A program made the translations under genes and the position numbers. The notes under the pieces were generated by a model that searched no databases, was not told the origin of the DNA, and saw only the letters and a program-made list of their open reading frames with translations. From positions 608,001-672,000 of the forward strand of contig CAWFQB010000003.1 of the NCBI GenBank assembly GCA_963817895.1: a stretch of DNA of 64,000 nt. Direction: 5' to 3'. This DNA is from an uncultured Chthonomonadaceae bacterium. GTDB lineage: Bacteria; Armatimonadota; Chthonomonadetes; Chthonomonadales; Chthonomonadaceae. Shown here piece by piece: positions 20,016 to 31,182 of the stretch. Positions within the stretch are counted from its first letter, which is position 1. Every line of letters starts with the position of its first letter.

Positions 20016-22648
20016 TATCCGTTACGCGCTGCACAATCTCAAACTGGCGCTGGCTTCCCCCTGATTGCGGCGTTGCTGGCACAGCGGTACGCTTCCGGCA
20101 AATCGAAACCGGGTTGGGCGGAGCGTTGGGGGCATTTGCCGTCCGCGCTTCATTCCGGGGCGAGTTCGCGCCCCCGTATCTGGGTTCATGCCGTGTCTGC
20201 CGGGGAAGTGGTTGCCGCTGTTCCCATTTTGCGCGAGTTGCGCGCATTGCTGCCCACGCATGACCTGCTGTTTTCCACCACGACGCCCGCCGGTCACGAG
20301 ATGGCCGAGCAGCAGGCGAAGCCTTACATTGACGGCCTGTTTTATTTTCCGTTCGATCTGCCCTGGGTGACGCGCCGGGTTGTGGAAACCATTCGCCCAC
20401 AGGTATTCGTCAGTCTGGAAAGCGAGTTGTGGCCGAACCTGCTGCATGAACTGAAACGGCAGGGCTGCCGGACAGTTATGGTGAACGGGCGGATTTCCGA
20501 GCAGAGTTACCGGCGTTCGCGCAAATTCGCGCACAGCCTGTTTCGCTGGATGCTGGGGAACATGGATCGCCTGCTGATGCAGTCCGCCCCGGATGCGCAG
20601 CGCATTTGCGAATTGGGACAGTTGAACGCATCGGACAAGGTTACGGTTATCGGCAATTCCAAGTTTGACCAGAAGATCGCACGTCTGGATGAGGAACAGT
20701 GCCGCGAACTGCGCCGAAACCTGTATTTACCAGAAACGGCTCCCGTTTTTGTGGCCGGAAGCACTCGCAGCGCGGAGGAAGAGGCGCAGGTAATCGCCGC
20801 TTACAACACCATGCGGCAGCAGGTTCCCGACCTGTGCCTGATTATCGCGCCCCGACAGATTGATCGCGCCCCGGAACTGGCAGCGGCGATGCAGTCGGCA
20901 GGTTTGTCGCCCGTCTTACGCTCTGAAACTAGAGGAGACAAGGAGACAAGGAGACAAGGAGACAAGGAGACACAGGGAGAATTCTCATCCCTCATCCCGG
21001 GCGTCACCGCAGGGAAGGACACATCCCTCATCCCTTATCCTTGACACTATGGGCGAACTGGCGGATGTGTATGCGGTGGCGACGATTGCGTTTGTGGGCA
21101 ACAGTTTCGCGCCCGTAGTGAAGGGTGGGGGACAGAACCTGCTGCAACCGCTTGCGCATGGTAAGCCTGTGTTGTTCGGGCCGCATATCGCGACCATACG
21201 CGCCGAAGCCCTGTTAGCCATCGAAGCCGGAGTCGGGTTCAAGGTGGCGGACGGGGCGGAACTGGCGCAGCGCGGGTTGGAATTGCTGACGGATACGAAA
21301 CTACAGGCGGAAATCGCGGTTCGCGCTATTGACCTGATTGCCGCCAATCAGGGGGTATCGCGGCGGTACGCGGAAATGGTTGCGGAACAGGCGAAGGCCG
21401 TATTGCCCCCTTTTGAGAAGGCGGGCGTGACGCTGCTTACCGCAAGCGTCAGCAGGCAGACGGTAATGGCTGCGCCGCGTTCGCAAACGGATACAGAGCA
21501 ACCGGCAAAAGACAAGCGCCTGGAAACGTATCTGTTGGAAGTGGCGCGGGGCAAGCCCGGAGTGGCCCCCGCCCTGCTGCGCGGCATCACGAGCGCGTTG
21601 GCTCCCGTGTATTGCGCCGGACTGAAAACGTATCTGCTGCCATACAATGTGGGATTACGGAAACGTAAGCGTTTAGATTGCCCGGTGATTTGTATCGGCA
21701 ATCTGACGACCGGGCGGAACGGGCAAAACGCCCATGACGCAATTACTGTGCCGACAGTTGCAGGCGCAGAATAAGCGTGTCGTGATTTTAAGCCGGGGCT
21801 ATGGCGGCGAAAATGAGTACGGCAGCGCGATTGTTTCGGATACGAAGGAAGTGCTGCTGACCGCGAAACAGGCGGGCGACGAGGCGTTTTTGCTGGCGTC
21901 CACGCTGCCGGGGATTCCGGTTGTCGTCGGCAAAGATCGGCGGATAACGGGCGCGTTGGCAGCCGAGCGGTTCGCGCCGGATGTAATTGTACTGGACGAT
22001 GGGATGCAGTTCTGGCAACTGCATCGTGATTTAGATATTGTGTTGCTCAACGCCCTTGCGCCGTTCGATAATGGCTGGACGTTTCCGCGCGGGCTATTGC
22101 GAGAACCGCCCTCGCATTTGAAACGCGCGGGCATCATCGTACTGACGAACGCGCGCCGCGCATCACTGGAACAACTGGCCTACGCGCAAAGCCAAATCAA
22201 GCGTTTCGCGCCGGGAAAGCCTGTATTTACCGCCGATCTCGCGCCTGCCACGCTGCGAACTTTTGCGGAAAATACATGCCTGACCCTGGAATGGCTGCGT
22301 GGCAGAAGAGTTGCCGCTCTAAGCGCACTGGGAAACCCGAAATCGTTCGAGGCCACACTGGAAGGTTTAGAAGCCATCCTTGTAACCCGTTTTCGGTTCC
22401 GCGATCATCAGGAAATCGGCGCGACAGAACTTCAGCGAGTCTCGACAGAGGCGCAGGCGGCGGACGCGGACGCGATTGTCACCACAGCCAAAGATGGCGT
22501 GAAGATTGCAGCCTGGAGTGGTGAGCTTCCATTGCATATCTTAGATGTGGCAGTGCAGGTAGACCGTGAGGCAGATTTTTTGAATGTGGTTGAAGATGTG
22601 TTAAGAGCCTATCCCGTTAGGCCGGGTACAAAGAACGTACCCGTCTGA
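20016..22648 (+). CDS. waaA-lpxK: Fused Kdo transferase (WaaA/KdtA) and tetraacyldisaccharide 4'-kinase (LpxK); frameshifts near 20060, 20930-21040 and 21712; start approximate
   Basis: IWVHAVSAGE, ESELWPN, AGSTR, LDTMGEL, GGQNLLQP continue in frame to CPVICIGNLTTG; then GKTP, SRGYGG, GDEA, LDDGMQ, GLLREP. Confidence 0.85.
20934..21040. repeat. (GGAGACAA)n octamer and CTCATCC heptamer repeats inside waaA
   Basis: Four GGAGACAA units plus GGAGACAC, then CTCATCC repeats. Confidence 0.85.
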
Positions 22649-22775
22649 GTGGCCTGCGGCCAAGCGTCCTTCGGACGCAATCCACAAACAATGAGGCATT
22701 TGCGTCCGCAGGAGGACATAACAAGTTATGTCCCTACGCGGAACGCCACCGAGACAGGGGTTTTCAACCCCTGGC
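22604..22775. repeat. REP/MITE-like element (copy 3); supplies the lpxK stop codon
   Basis: First ~75 nt nearly identical to copy 2; ends CAGGGGTTTTCAACCCCTG. Confidence 0.85.
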
Positions 22776-22804
22776 ACAGTAAATTGTCAGCGTTTGTTTG
22801 ACCT

Positions 22805-23740
22805 ATGACTCAGAATACATCGCAAGTAGTTCAGACGGTTCCATTCCGTAAGCGCGCGGAACGAACCGCAGGGCGCATCGGGCTTCGGCTTCTGGTAGGG
22901 CCGCTCCGCGCTCTGCCCTTGCCAGTTACGCGGGCTTTTGGGCGGAGCGTCGGGCGGCGTGTTGTTTTTGACGTTGGGCCGTTATCGCCGCGTGGCTTTC
23001 AAAAATCTGAATCTGGTATACGGGCGCGAATTCGATGAGAATAAGCGGCGGCAGATGGCGAAAGAGGTGTTTCGGAACTTTGGCGAAACCGCTGCCGAAT
23101 TCCTCAAACTGCCGCAAATGCCGCTGTCCGCAGTAGATGCGCTTGTCAGCGTGCATGGCGAAGAAAATCTGAAGCAGGCGATGGACATGGGGCAGGGCGT
23201 TTTGCTGATTACCGGGCATTTCGGCAACTGGGAGTTTCTGGCCCGCTGGCTGAACCTGCACGGCTACCCGCTCAATGTGGTTTCCCGTCGCGCCAATGAC
23301 CCGGAAGCGGAAAAACTGTTACAGGATACGCGCACGGAGGGCGGGGCGCAGGTATTCAACCGGGGTAATTCGGCCCGCGCCGTGCTGCAATGCCTGAAGA
23401 AAAAAGAGATTGTCGCGCTGCTGCCGGATCAAAACGCCGGTGACGTGTTCGTGCCGTTTATGGGTGTGCGAACCGGAACCGTAGACGGGCCGGGAATCAT
23501 TCACCTGAAGACGGGCGCGCCCCTGCTTTTTAGTTGGTGCGTGCGGACGCCCGACGACCGTTTCGAGATTACCTTTGAGCCGCCCGTTTGTCGCGGAGGC
23601 AACCGGAAATCGCGCCCACGATGTAGAAATCGGTGATGGCCTGCGTCAATGCGCGGCTGGAAGCGCAGGTGCGTAAATATCCGACGCAATGGCTGTGGCT
23701 GCACGACCGCTGGAAACATACGCCGGAAGTGTTTGAGTAG
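22805..23740 (+). CDS. Lipid A late acyltransferase (LpxL/HtrB family), frameshifted
   Basis: TGHFGNWE, LLPDQNAG, C-terminal YPTQWLWLHDRWK in a shifted frame. Confidence 0.88.
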
Positions 23741-23823
23741 GTGGTTGGTGGTGGGTGACTGGTGACTGGTAATCACCCTGATTGCCGTCTACACGATTAA
23801 GATTTATGGAAAAGCGACGTTTT

Positions 23824-24924
23824 ATGAAAGAGAAATACCACCAACCACCAACCACCAATCACCGACCACCAGCCGCCGTTGATCTGAACCAGGTGCAGCG
23901 CGTGTTGATTATCAAGATGAGCGCGTTGGGCAACATCATTCACGCCCTGCCCGTGTCCGCCGCGCTGAAAGAGGCGTATCCGCATCTGGAACTCTCGTGG
24001 GCGGTGGAAGAGGCGTTTATGCCCCTTGTCGCGCACAACCCGTATCTGCACAAAGTGTTCAAACTGCCTAAAATGAGCGGCAGGCGGCTGCGTTCCGGTA
24101 AGGCGTGGCGCGAGTGCGTGAAGCGGCTCAACGTGGTGCGGCAGGAGAATTTCGAGGTCACGCTGGATTTGCAGGGATTGACCAAAAGCGCGACGGTTGC
24201 CGCGTGGTCGGGGGCGAAAACGCGATTGGGGTATCACTGGCTGCGCGAACTGGCGCCCCTGATGGAAACGCCCGTGCCGCAGCATCCCGAAAGCGTTCAC
24301 ATCGTAGATCAATATCTGGATGTCGCCCGGTTTTTAGGGGCTTGCCCGAACAAAGCGCATTTTCCGCTTACAATCTCCGACGAAGACGACCAGGTTGTTA
24401 CGCGAATGTTGAATGAGGCGGGTTTGGACGCAAATGCGCCTTTTATCGCCATAAACCCGGCCTCGGCACAACGTATCAAAATGTGGGGCGTAGAAAAATA
24501 TAGCGCGTTGATAGATGCGATTAGCAATGAATTAGGAATAGTCTCTGTTCTGGTGACGGCGGATGGCGAGGTGGCGGCGCAGGTGGCCGCGCATGCGCAA
24601 CGCCCGTTTGTCAATCTGGCGCAACGCACCAGCCTGATACAACTCGCCGCTGTGCTGAAACGCTGTGGGGCGCATGTCTGCGGGGATACGGGTTCGGGGC
24701 ATATCGCGGCGGCGTTCGCGCGTCCCGTTGTCAGCATCATGGGGCCGACAAACCCGGACAGGCTGTGTCCCTACGGACAACAGGAGTATGTAATACGCCG
24801 CGCGGATTGCTGCAGCGCGGGTTGTAACGCGCGCCACTGCGAGTTCGCCGCGCCCCGCTGCCTGGAAGCCGTTCAGGTATCGGATGTGATGGAGATGTTG
24901 CGCCGTTGCCTTGCCGTTCAGTGA
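23824..24924 (+). CDS. GT9 LPS heptosyltransferase (WaaC/WaaF-like)
   Basis: IIKMSALGNIIH, DLQGLTKS, GDTGSGHIAAA, GPTNP. Confidence 0.9.
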   Translation: MKEKYHQPPTTNHRPPAAVDLNQVQRVLIIKMSALGNIIHALPVSAALKEAYPHLELSWAVEEAFMPLVAHNPYLHKVFKLPKMSGRRLRSGKAWRECVKRLNVVRQENFEVTLDLQGLTKSATVAAWSGAKTRLGYHWLRELAPLMETPVPQHPESVHIVDQYLDVARFLGACPNKAHFPLTISDEDDQVVTRMLNEAGLDANAPFIAINPASAQRIKMWGVEKYSALIDAISNELGIVSVLVTADGEVAAQVAAHAQRPFVNLAQRTSLIQLAAVLKRCGAHVCGDTGSGHIAAAFARPVVSIMGPTNPDRLCPYGQQEYVIRRADCCSAGCNARHCEFAAPRCLEAVQVSDVMEMLRRCLAVQ

Positions 24925-24982
24925 GAGTGTGAAAACACGGAAAACTAAAGTTTAAGGTTCATTAACTACCGGACACATTTTT

Positions 24983-25116
24983 CCGGGCATTGAAAATACC
25001 CGTCTGAATGGCGTTCCGCCAAGCGTCCTTCGGACGCGGGAGGCTGTTAAACAGGAATTGGCGTCCGAAGGACGCTTGGCCGTAGGCCATGTAGACAGGG
25101 GTTTTCAACCCCTGGC
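24983..25116. repeat. REP-like element (copy 4)
   Basis: CCAAGCGTCCTTCGGACGC ... GCGTCCGAAGGACGCTTGG flanked by GGG..TTGAAAA..CCC-type hairpins. Confidence 0.85.
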
Positions 25117-25193
25117 AAAAGGTGTCCGGTAGTGAAAAGGTTCAGAATGAGTTTCAAAAGAATAACTATTCGAGCGCTAAGGGAGTTGGCAGC

Positions 25194-26129
25194 ATGGAGT
25201 TGATTCCGGTTGATATCGGCAATGCGGATACCGCGTACCGAGCCAGGCTGTGTCAGCAACTGGAGCAGGGCAACATTCTGCTGCTGGAAAAGACGCCGTT
25301 TTTGCCGTCCCCGTCCGATGGGGAGTTTCTGCGCGCGCAGAAGCAGTCGCAGCGGGCTTCGCATAAAAACATCGCGTACAAGCCGCATTTGCAGCGCGCG
25401 ACGGGTACAGGAGCGTTGGAAGCCGAAGAAGCGGAGCGCCTGCGCGTGGTTCTGGCCGCGTATTCGGAGGGCGCGCTGGCGTCTTTGAGCGCATTGTTTC
25501 CCAACTATGCGCGGGAATGGAGAGTGGATTACGCCAGTTTTCGGCCTGTGGAGGAGCAGGGACGGCAACTGGCAATCAGCCATCGCAATGACCTGCTGCA
25601 TCTGGATGCGTTCCCCACACGCCCCACGCACGGCGGGCGTATCCTGCGCGCGTTCACGAACCTGAATACGGACAAAGACCGTATATGGGCCACTTCGGAC
25701 GATTTTGAAGACCTTGCTTCCCGGTATGCGATAGCAGCCGGGTTGGGCAAAGTCACATCTCCCTGGGCCAATCTGAATCGGCAAACCATGAAACTGCGCC
25801 ATCTAATCGGCCTTCGCGCGATTGACCGCTCGGCGTATGACCAGTTCATGCTGGATTTCCACCACTATCTAAAGGCCAACACGGATTATCAGCAGTCCGG
25901 GCAGCGCAACCGCTGGACGTTCCCGCCCGGTTCGACGTGGATTACGTTTACCGATCAGGTGGCCCATGCGGTTGTTTCCGGCCAGTACGCGCTGGAACAG
26001 ACCTGCATTGTGCCGATGCGCGCCCTGATGCAGCCGGAACTGGCCCCGCTTTCTGTTCTGGAACGGTTGGCCGGCAAGCCGCTGACGCCGCCTGCTTCGC
26101 GCGCTCATCTGCCCGCCGCATCCGCCTGA
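25194..26129 (+). CDS. Kdo hydroxylase family protein (KdoO-like)
   Basis: HKNIAYKP, SFRPVEE, LHLDAFPTRPTHGGRILRAFTN, YDQFMLDFH, FTDQVAHA..SGQYALEQT. Confidence 0.85.
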   Translation: MELIPVDIGNADTAYRARLCQQLEQGNILLLEKTPFLPSPSDGEFLRAQKQSQRASHKNIAYKPHLQRATGTGALEAEEAERLRVVLAAYSEGALASLSALFPNYAREWRVDYASFRPVEEQGRQLAISHRNDLLHLDAFPTRPTHGGRILRAFTNLNTDKDRIWATSDDFEDLASRYAIAAGLGKVTSPWANLNRQTMKLRHLIGLRAIDRSAYDQFMLDFHHYLKANTDYQQSGQRNRWTFPPGSTWITFTDQVAHAVVSGQYALEQTCIVPMRALMQPELAPLSVLERLAGKPLTPPASRAHLPAASA

Positions 26130-26156
26130 TAAAGCCTGCAAATTTAGCGACCGCTT

Positions 26157-27415
26157 ATGAGCCGAAAATCGCTTCCCGATCTGAATAAGGCGCGGCGTGT
26201 GCTGATTATCCGGGGCAGCGCGATTGGCGACGTAATTCATGCTATGCCCCTTTCCGCCGTCCTCAAGGAAGCGTACCCGCATCTGGAAATTACCTGGATT
26301 GTGGAAGAAATCTGCGGTGACGTGGCGCTTGGCAATCCCTATCTGCATGAGGTGATCGTCACGCCCCGTTCGCGCTGGAAGCGGGGGCGGCTTTCACCGC
26401 GTATCTGGGGCGAGTACCTGATGTTTCTGCGCGGTTTGCGCGCCGACGTTTCGACGTGACCCTGGACTTGCAGGGCTACGCGAAAAGCGCGATTCTCGCC
26501 CTTGCCGCCCGCGCGCCCTATCGCCTGGGCTGGTGGCGGCAGCGGGATGGCGCGAATCTGGTGAACACGGCCATTCCCCGCCGACCGGAAAGCGTTCACC
26601 GCGTGGACTGGTTTCTGGACGTTGCCCGCGCGCTCGGCGCCCACCCCTCCCACATCCGCTTCCCCCTGCAAATTCCCGATGAGGCGCGCGCATATATTCA
26701 TACCCTGCTCAGAGACGGCGGCATTGACCCGGCCAAACCGTATGCCGTGCTGAATCAGGCGGCGGGCGATCAGGCGCGGCGATGGACGGAAGAGGGGTTT
26801 GCCCGCGTCGCCTGGCAACTGGCGAAACAATACGGTATGCCCTCCGTGCTTGTCGGCGTGAAAAGCGATCAGGAACCGAACGCCGCCATTATCCGGCAGT
26901 ACCGCGAACTGACGCAATCTGCGCAACAAAACACAACGGGCATCGGCGCTGCGGAAACGATAGCGGTCACGCGCCAAAATGCCGACACTGTTAGAGAACC
27001 CCTGGATGTTGCCGGACAAACCAACTTAAAACAACTATTCGCGCTGATTGACGGCTGCGCCATTCAGATCAGCGGCGATACCGGTTCCCTGCACATCGCG
27101 GACGCCCTGAATCGCCCGCTTGTCGGATTGTACGGTTCCAGCGACCCCGCCCACGCCGGCCCCTATCATCAGCAATCCAATATTCTATCCCGCCGCGACC
27201 TGTGCCGCCCGGAGTGCAGTGTGCGCCGCTGCGCGTTTGAGGAAGAAGAGGAGAAGACTGATGAAGTTTCCTTACCCCTTACCCCTTATCCTTTACCCCT
27301 TTTTACTTCTCGTTGTTTGCAAGCGATTACGCCGGAAGAGGTGATGCGGAAAGTGGCGGAATTGTTGGGGGCAGGAGATGTTGAAAGTGGCAATCGGGAG
27401 CGGGGCGCGGAATGA
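26157..27415 (+). CDS. Second GT9 heptosyltransferase, frameshift near 26445
   Basis: RGSAIGDVIH, DLQGYAKS, GDTGSLHIA. Confidence 0.88.
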
Positions 27416-28519
27416 ATATTCTGGAAATCTGTTCCGGGGCGGAAGTGAATGGCGCGGTGATTCATTGCCTGCTGCTGACGCGCAGTTTGGCGCAGCGGGG
27501 GCATCGGGTTATGCTGCTGTGCCGTCCCAACGCCTGGATTGCGGAACAATTGGCGGGAGAAGATGTTGAGATTGTCGTCTCGGATATGCATCGCTGGCCG
27601 CTGGATGAGTTGCGCCGGATTGCCGCCCTGTGCCGCGAACGCGATATAAATATTATCCATACGCACATGACGCGCGCCCATAATTTCGGCGTGTTCCTGC
27701 GCCGGTTTGCCCGTATTCCCTGCGTCGCCACCGCCCATACCCATTTGATGCAGCCGAATTGGATGTTCAATGATTATGTGATTGCGGTTTCCGACGCCAC
27801 AAAGCGGTTTCAACAATCGCGGAACCGGGTGCGGGCGGATCGCATCGAAACCGTGCATGGTTTCATGGATTTCCCCCGGTTCGCCGAACGTGGGGGCAGA
27901 AGCGCGGAGCGCGATTCGGCATGCGTTAGGCATCCCAGACGATACGCCCCTGCTGGCGATTATCGGCGACATCATTCCGCGCAAGGGGCTGCTGTATCTG
28001 ATACGCGCCCTGCCGAAAATCCTGAAAGCGGTTCCTGATGTCCGGCTGGCGATTGTGGGCGAACCCAAGCGCGGCACGGAATACTATGAGAAGGCGCGGG
28101 CGGAGGCGCAGAAGTTGGGCGTCAACGACAGCATTTTGTGGCTCGGACATCGCAACGACGTGCCGCAGATTATGGCCGGATTAGACGTGTATATTCTGGC
28201 TTCGCTGGATGAGATGTTTCCGGTTGCCGTCCTGGAAGCGATGGCGGCGGGCAAAGCGATAGTGGCAACAAGAGTGGGCGGCGTACCGGAGTGTGTACAG
28301 GATGGGGAAAACGGGTATCTGATACCCTCGGAAAATCCGAATGCGCTGGCCGACGCTGTGTTAAAACTTCTCAGCAATCCACAGATGCGAGGCGAAATGG
28401 GCGCGCGGGCGCGGGAATTGGCGCGGCAGGAGTTTTCCGTGGAAAGTCAGACGCCACGCCTGGAAGCCGTATTTGCGCGCCTGATAGAACGCGATCATCA
28501 GAAAAGTAGCCGCCAATAA
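27412..28519 (+). CDS. GT4 glycosyltransferase, frameshift near 27890
   Basis: IIHTH, AVSDA, EMFPVAVLEAMAAGK, TRVGGVPE. Confidence 0.9.
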
Positions 28520-28596
28520 ACGCGAATGAACGCAAATAGTGGAACGGCACAACTAAAAAGGAACGCGAAGTGAATGAGACGGGGAAATCTGAAACA

Positions 28597-29688
28597 ATGG
28601 AACAAGCCTTGTCTATAGGCGAAACGCGCGTACTGATTACGGGCGCGAATGGTTTTGTCGGACGGCATTTGATAGCCCATTTACTGGAGGCGCGGAACGT
28701 AACTCTGTCATCCTTGAAAATCATTGCGGCTGTGCATCTGAATGATGTAAACCGGATGCGACAGGAATACGAAGACCCGTTCTGTGGCGGCGCGGGCTGG
28801 GTCGGGGGAACTGTCGGCGGTCAGGTTGAAATTGCTGGCATGGAGTTGAGTGATGCGGCCAGTCTGGAAGCCCTGGTTGCCGAACATCAGCCGCAGCAAA
28901 TCTATCATCTTGCGGCCCGCTCTTCGGGCGCGGACGCAGACAGGGACGCGATTTTTGCCGCCAATGTGGGCGGAACGCCGCGCCCTGCTGGAAGCCGCGT
29001 CACTGCTGAAGCCTTTTCCCCGCGTGTTGCTGGCAAGCACAGGGTATGTTTACGGCAATACCGAGCGGGAACGTCCCGCGCAGGAAACCGATCCGATTGG
29101 CCCCCTGTGGAAGTACGGGGCGTATGCGGACAGCAAAATGGAGATGGAAAATGTCGCGAAAGCGTATCGCGGGCTGGCAGTAACGGCGCGGGCGTTCGCG
29201 CATACCGGGCCCGGACAAACCGCCGCGTTTGCCGTCCCCGCTTTTGCCCGCCAGATCGCCCGCATGGAACGCGGTTTAGAGCCGCCCGAATTGCGCGTCG
29301 GCAACCTGGACGCGCTGCGCGACCTGATGGATGTTCGGGATGTGGTACGCGCCTATGCCCTGCTGATGAACAGCGATACGCCTTCGGGCGCGGCTTTCAA
29401 TGTTTCCACCGGGCAAGCCGGTACAGATGCGCGGGGTTGTCGAACGCCTGTGTTCGTTGAGCGCGGTACATCCCGCCATTGTTGTTGACCCTGCCCGCCT
29501 GCGTCCGCTCGACATCGCCTGTTCGACCGGCGACCCGTCTAAATTGCAGGCCGCTAACCGGCTGGAAACCACAAATCGCGCTGGACGACACGCTGCGCGA
29601 CATGCTGGAATTCTGGCGCAGCGTTACGATGAAGATCAAATTGAAAGGCGTAATTGGAATGTTTGACTCTGAAACATGTCCCGGTTGA
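28597..29688 (+). CDS. NAD-dependent nucleotide-sugar epimerase/reductase (Gmd/Rmd-like), several frameshifts
   Basis: ITGANGFVG, YADSK, FAHTGPGQ, VGNLDALRDLMDVRDVVRAY. Confidence 0.85.
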
Positions 29689-31068
29689 AATGGCTGGCTG
29701 TGGCAACTATGGCGCTGGATGGCGCAGGGAGCGCAGGCCGCCCCGGAAACTGCCCGGAGCGCGGACAATTTTATCAACAGCATCGGCGTCTGTACCCACT
29801 GGAGCTATCCCGATACGCCCTACGGCTTTGCTTATGAGGGCGTAAAGCAGAAACTGCTGGAATCCGGTATCCGCCATATTCGCGATGGCTTCAGCCCGCG
29901 CCTTATGGAATTGGGAAAGGCGGGCATCAAAGTCGCCGTGAATCTGGACATGGACAACAATGAGGATGGCAACCCGGCAACTATTCAGCGTCTGCTCAAT
30001 CGCGTTAAGGAAGTAAATCGTCAGGCTGCCGTGATTGACGCCATAGAGGGGCCGAACGAACCGGATTTTTTCTGGGCCAGTTTCAAGAAGAGTTACAGGG
30101 GGCAGGGACACGCGCAGGGCGACAAAGGCATTATCAGCGGCGTGATCGCGTTTCAGAAAGACCTGTACAAAGCCGTGAAAAGCGACCCGGAAACCCGAAA
30201 CCTGCCGGTGTACGGCCCCGCGCTCGGTAAAACCTACGGGTACGACACGCGCTCGCCATACGGCAAAGGGATGCTGACGGACGCGGTAGATTACGGCAAT
30301 TTTCATCCGTATTGCGGCGGCAATCCGTTCAGCGTGCCGTTCGCTTACGCCGGAATCGAAAAATACTACTGGCAGGGCAATTTCCCGTCCGCCAATCTGG
30401 ATGAGTTCCCGTTTGCGTTCGATGTATACGCGCCGCCGTATGCGCCTAAACCGATGGTGGCGACCGAAACCGGCTATTCTACAGATCTGGGCGGCGTTTC
30501 AGAAGCCGCTCATGCCAAATACATGCCGCGTCTGTTTTGCGAGTATTTCCGCAAGGGGATCGCCCGCGCATACAGTTATGAGTTCGTGGACGAATTTGAG
30601 GACAAGGCGCAAACGAACCGCGAGGCCCATTTCGGCCTGCTGCGCCGTGACCTGACGCCCAAACCGGCGTATCAGGCCGTGAAAAATCTCATCGCCATAC
30701 TTCAGGATGGGGGAGCGCAGGCGGGATTTAAGCCGGGCAGTCTGGACATCAACATTCAGGTGACGGCGGTTCCCGGCTATGACCGGACGCAGTACGCGCA
30801 CCATCTGCTGCTGGAAAAGAAGAACGGCGACTTTTATTTGCTGTTGTGGCACGAGATCAGCGAGGAAGACACAAAGGAGACGCCGCACCGCCAGCTAAAT
30901 CCGCCCGCTCTGCCGGCAGTTGTATCCTTCCCGCCAAACATTGTTTCCGCAACCGTGTATACGCCCAATGATGGCATGGCAGGGCAGACGGCTCCAATTA
31001 CCAATCACGCGCTGAAGTTGAGCGTTCCCGATAAAGTGGTTCTGGTAAAATTGTCGTCGCGCCCGTGA
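29676..31068 (+). CDS. Secreted clan GH-A-like glycoside hydrolase (start region frameshifted)
   Basis: Signal-like N-terminus, EGPNEPD acid/base motif, NFHPY, ATETGY nucleophile, FGLLR..TPKPAY. Confidence 0.75.
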
Positions 31069-31116
31069 ACTGCGCATCAGAAGAAATTGAGTTGCGCATC
31101 AGAGAAAATTGGCGTA

Positions 31117-31170
31117 AAAACAAAGCGGCTCCGGCTACAAATCAGAGATTGTAGACGGAGCCGCAAAAAC
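31117..31170. terminator. Hairpin terminator between convergent genes
   Basis: GCGGCTCCGGCTACAA / TTGTAGACGGAGCCGC with A-tracts. Confidence 0.6.
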
Positions 31171-31182
31171 ACAGGAACATGC

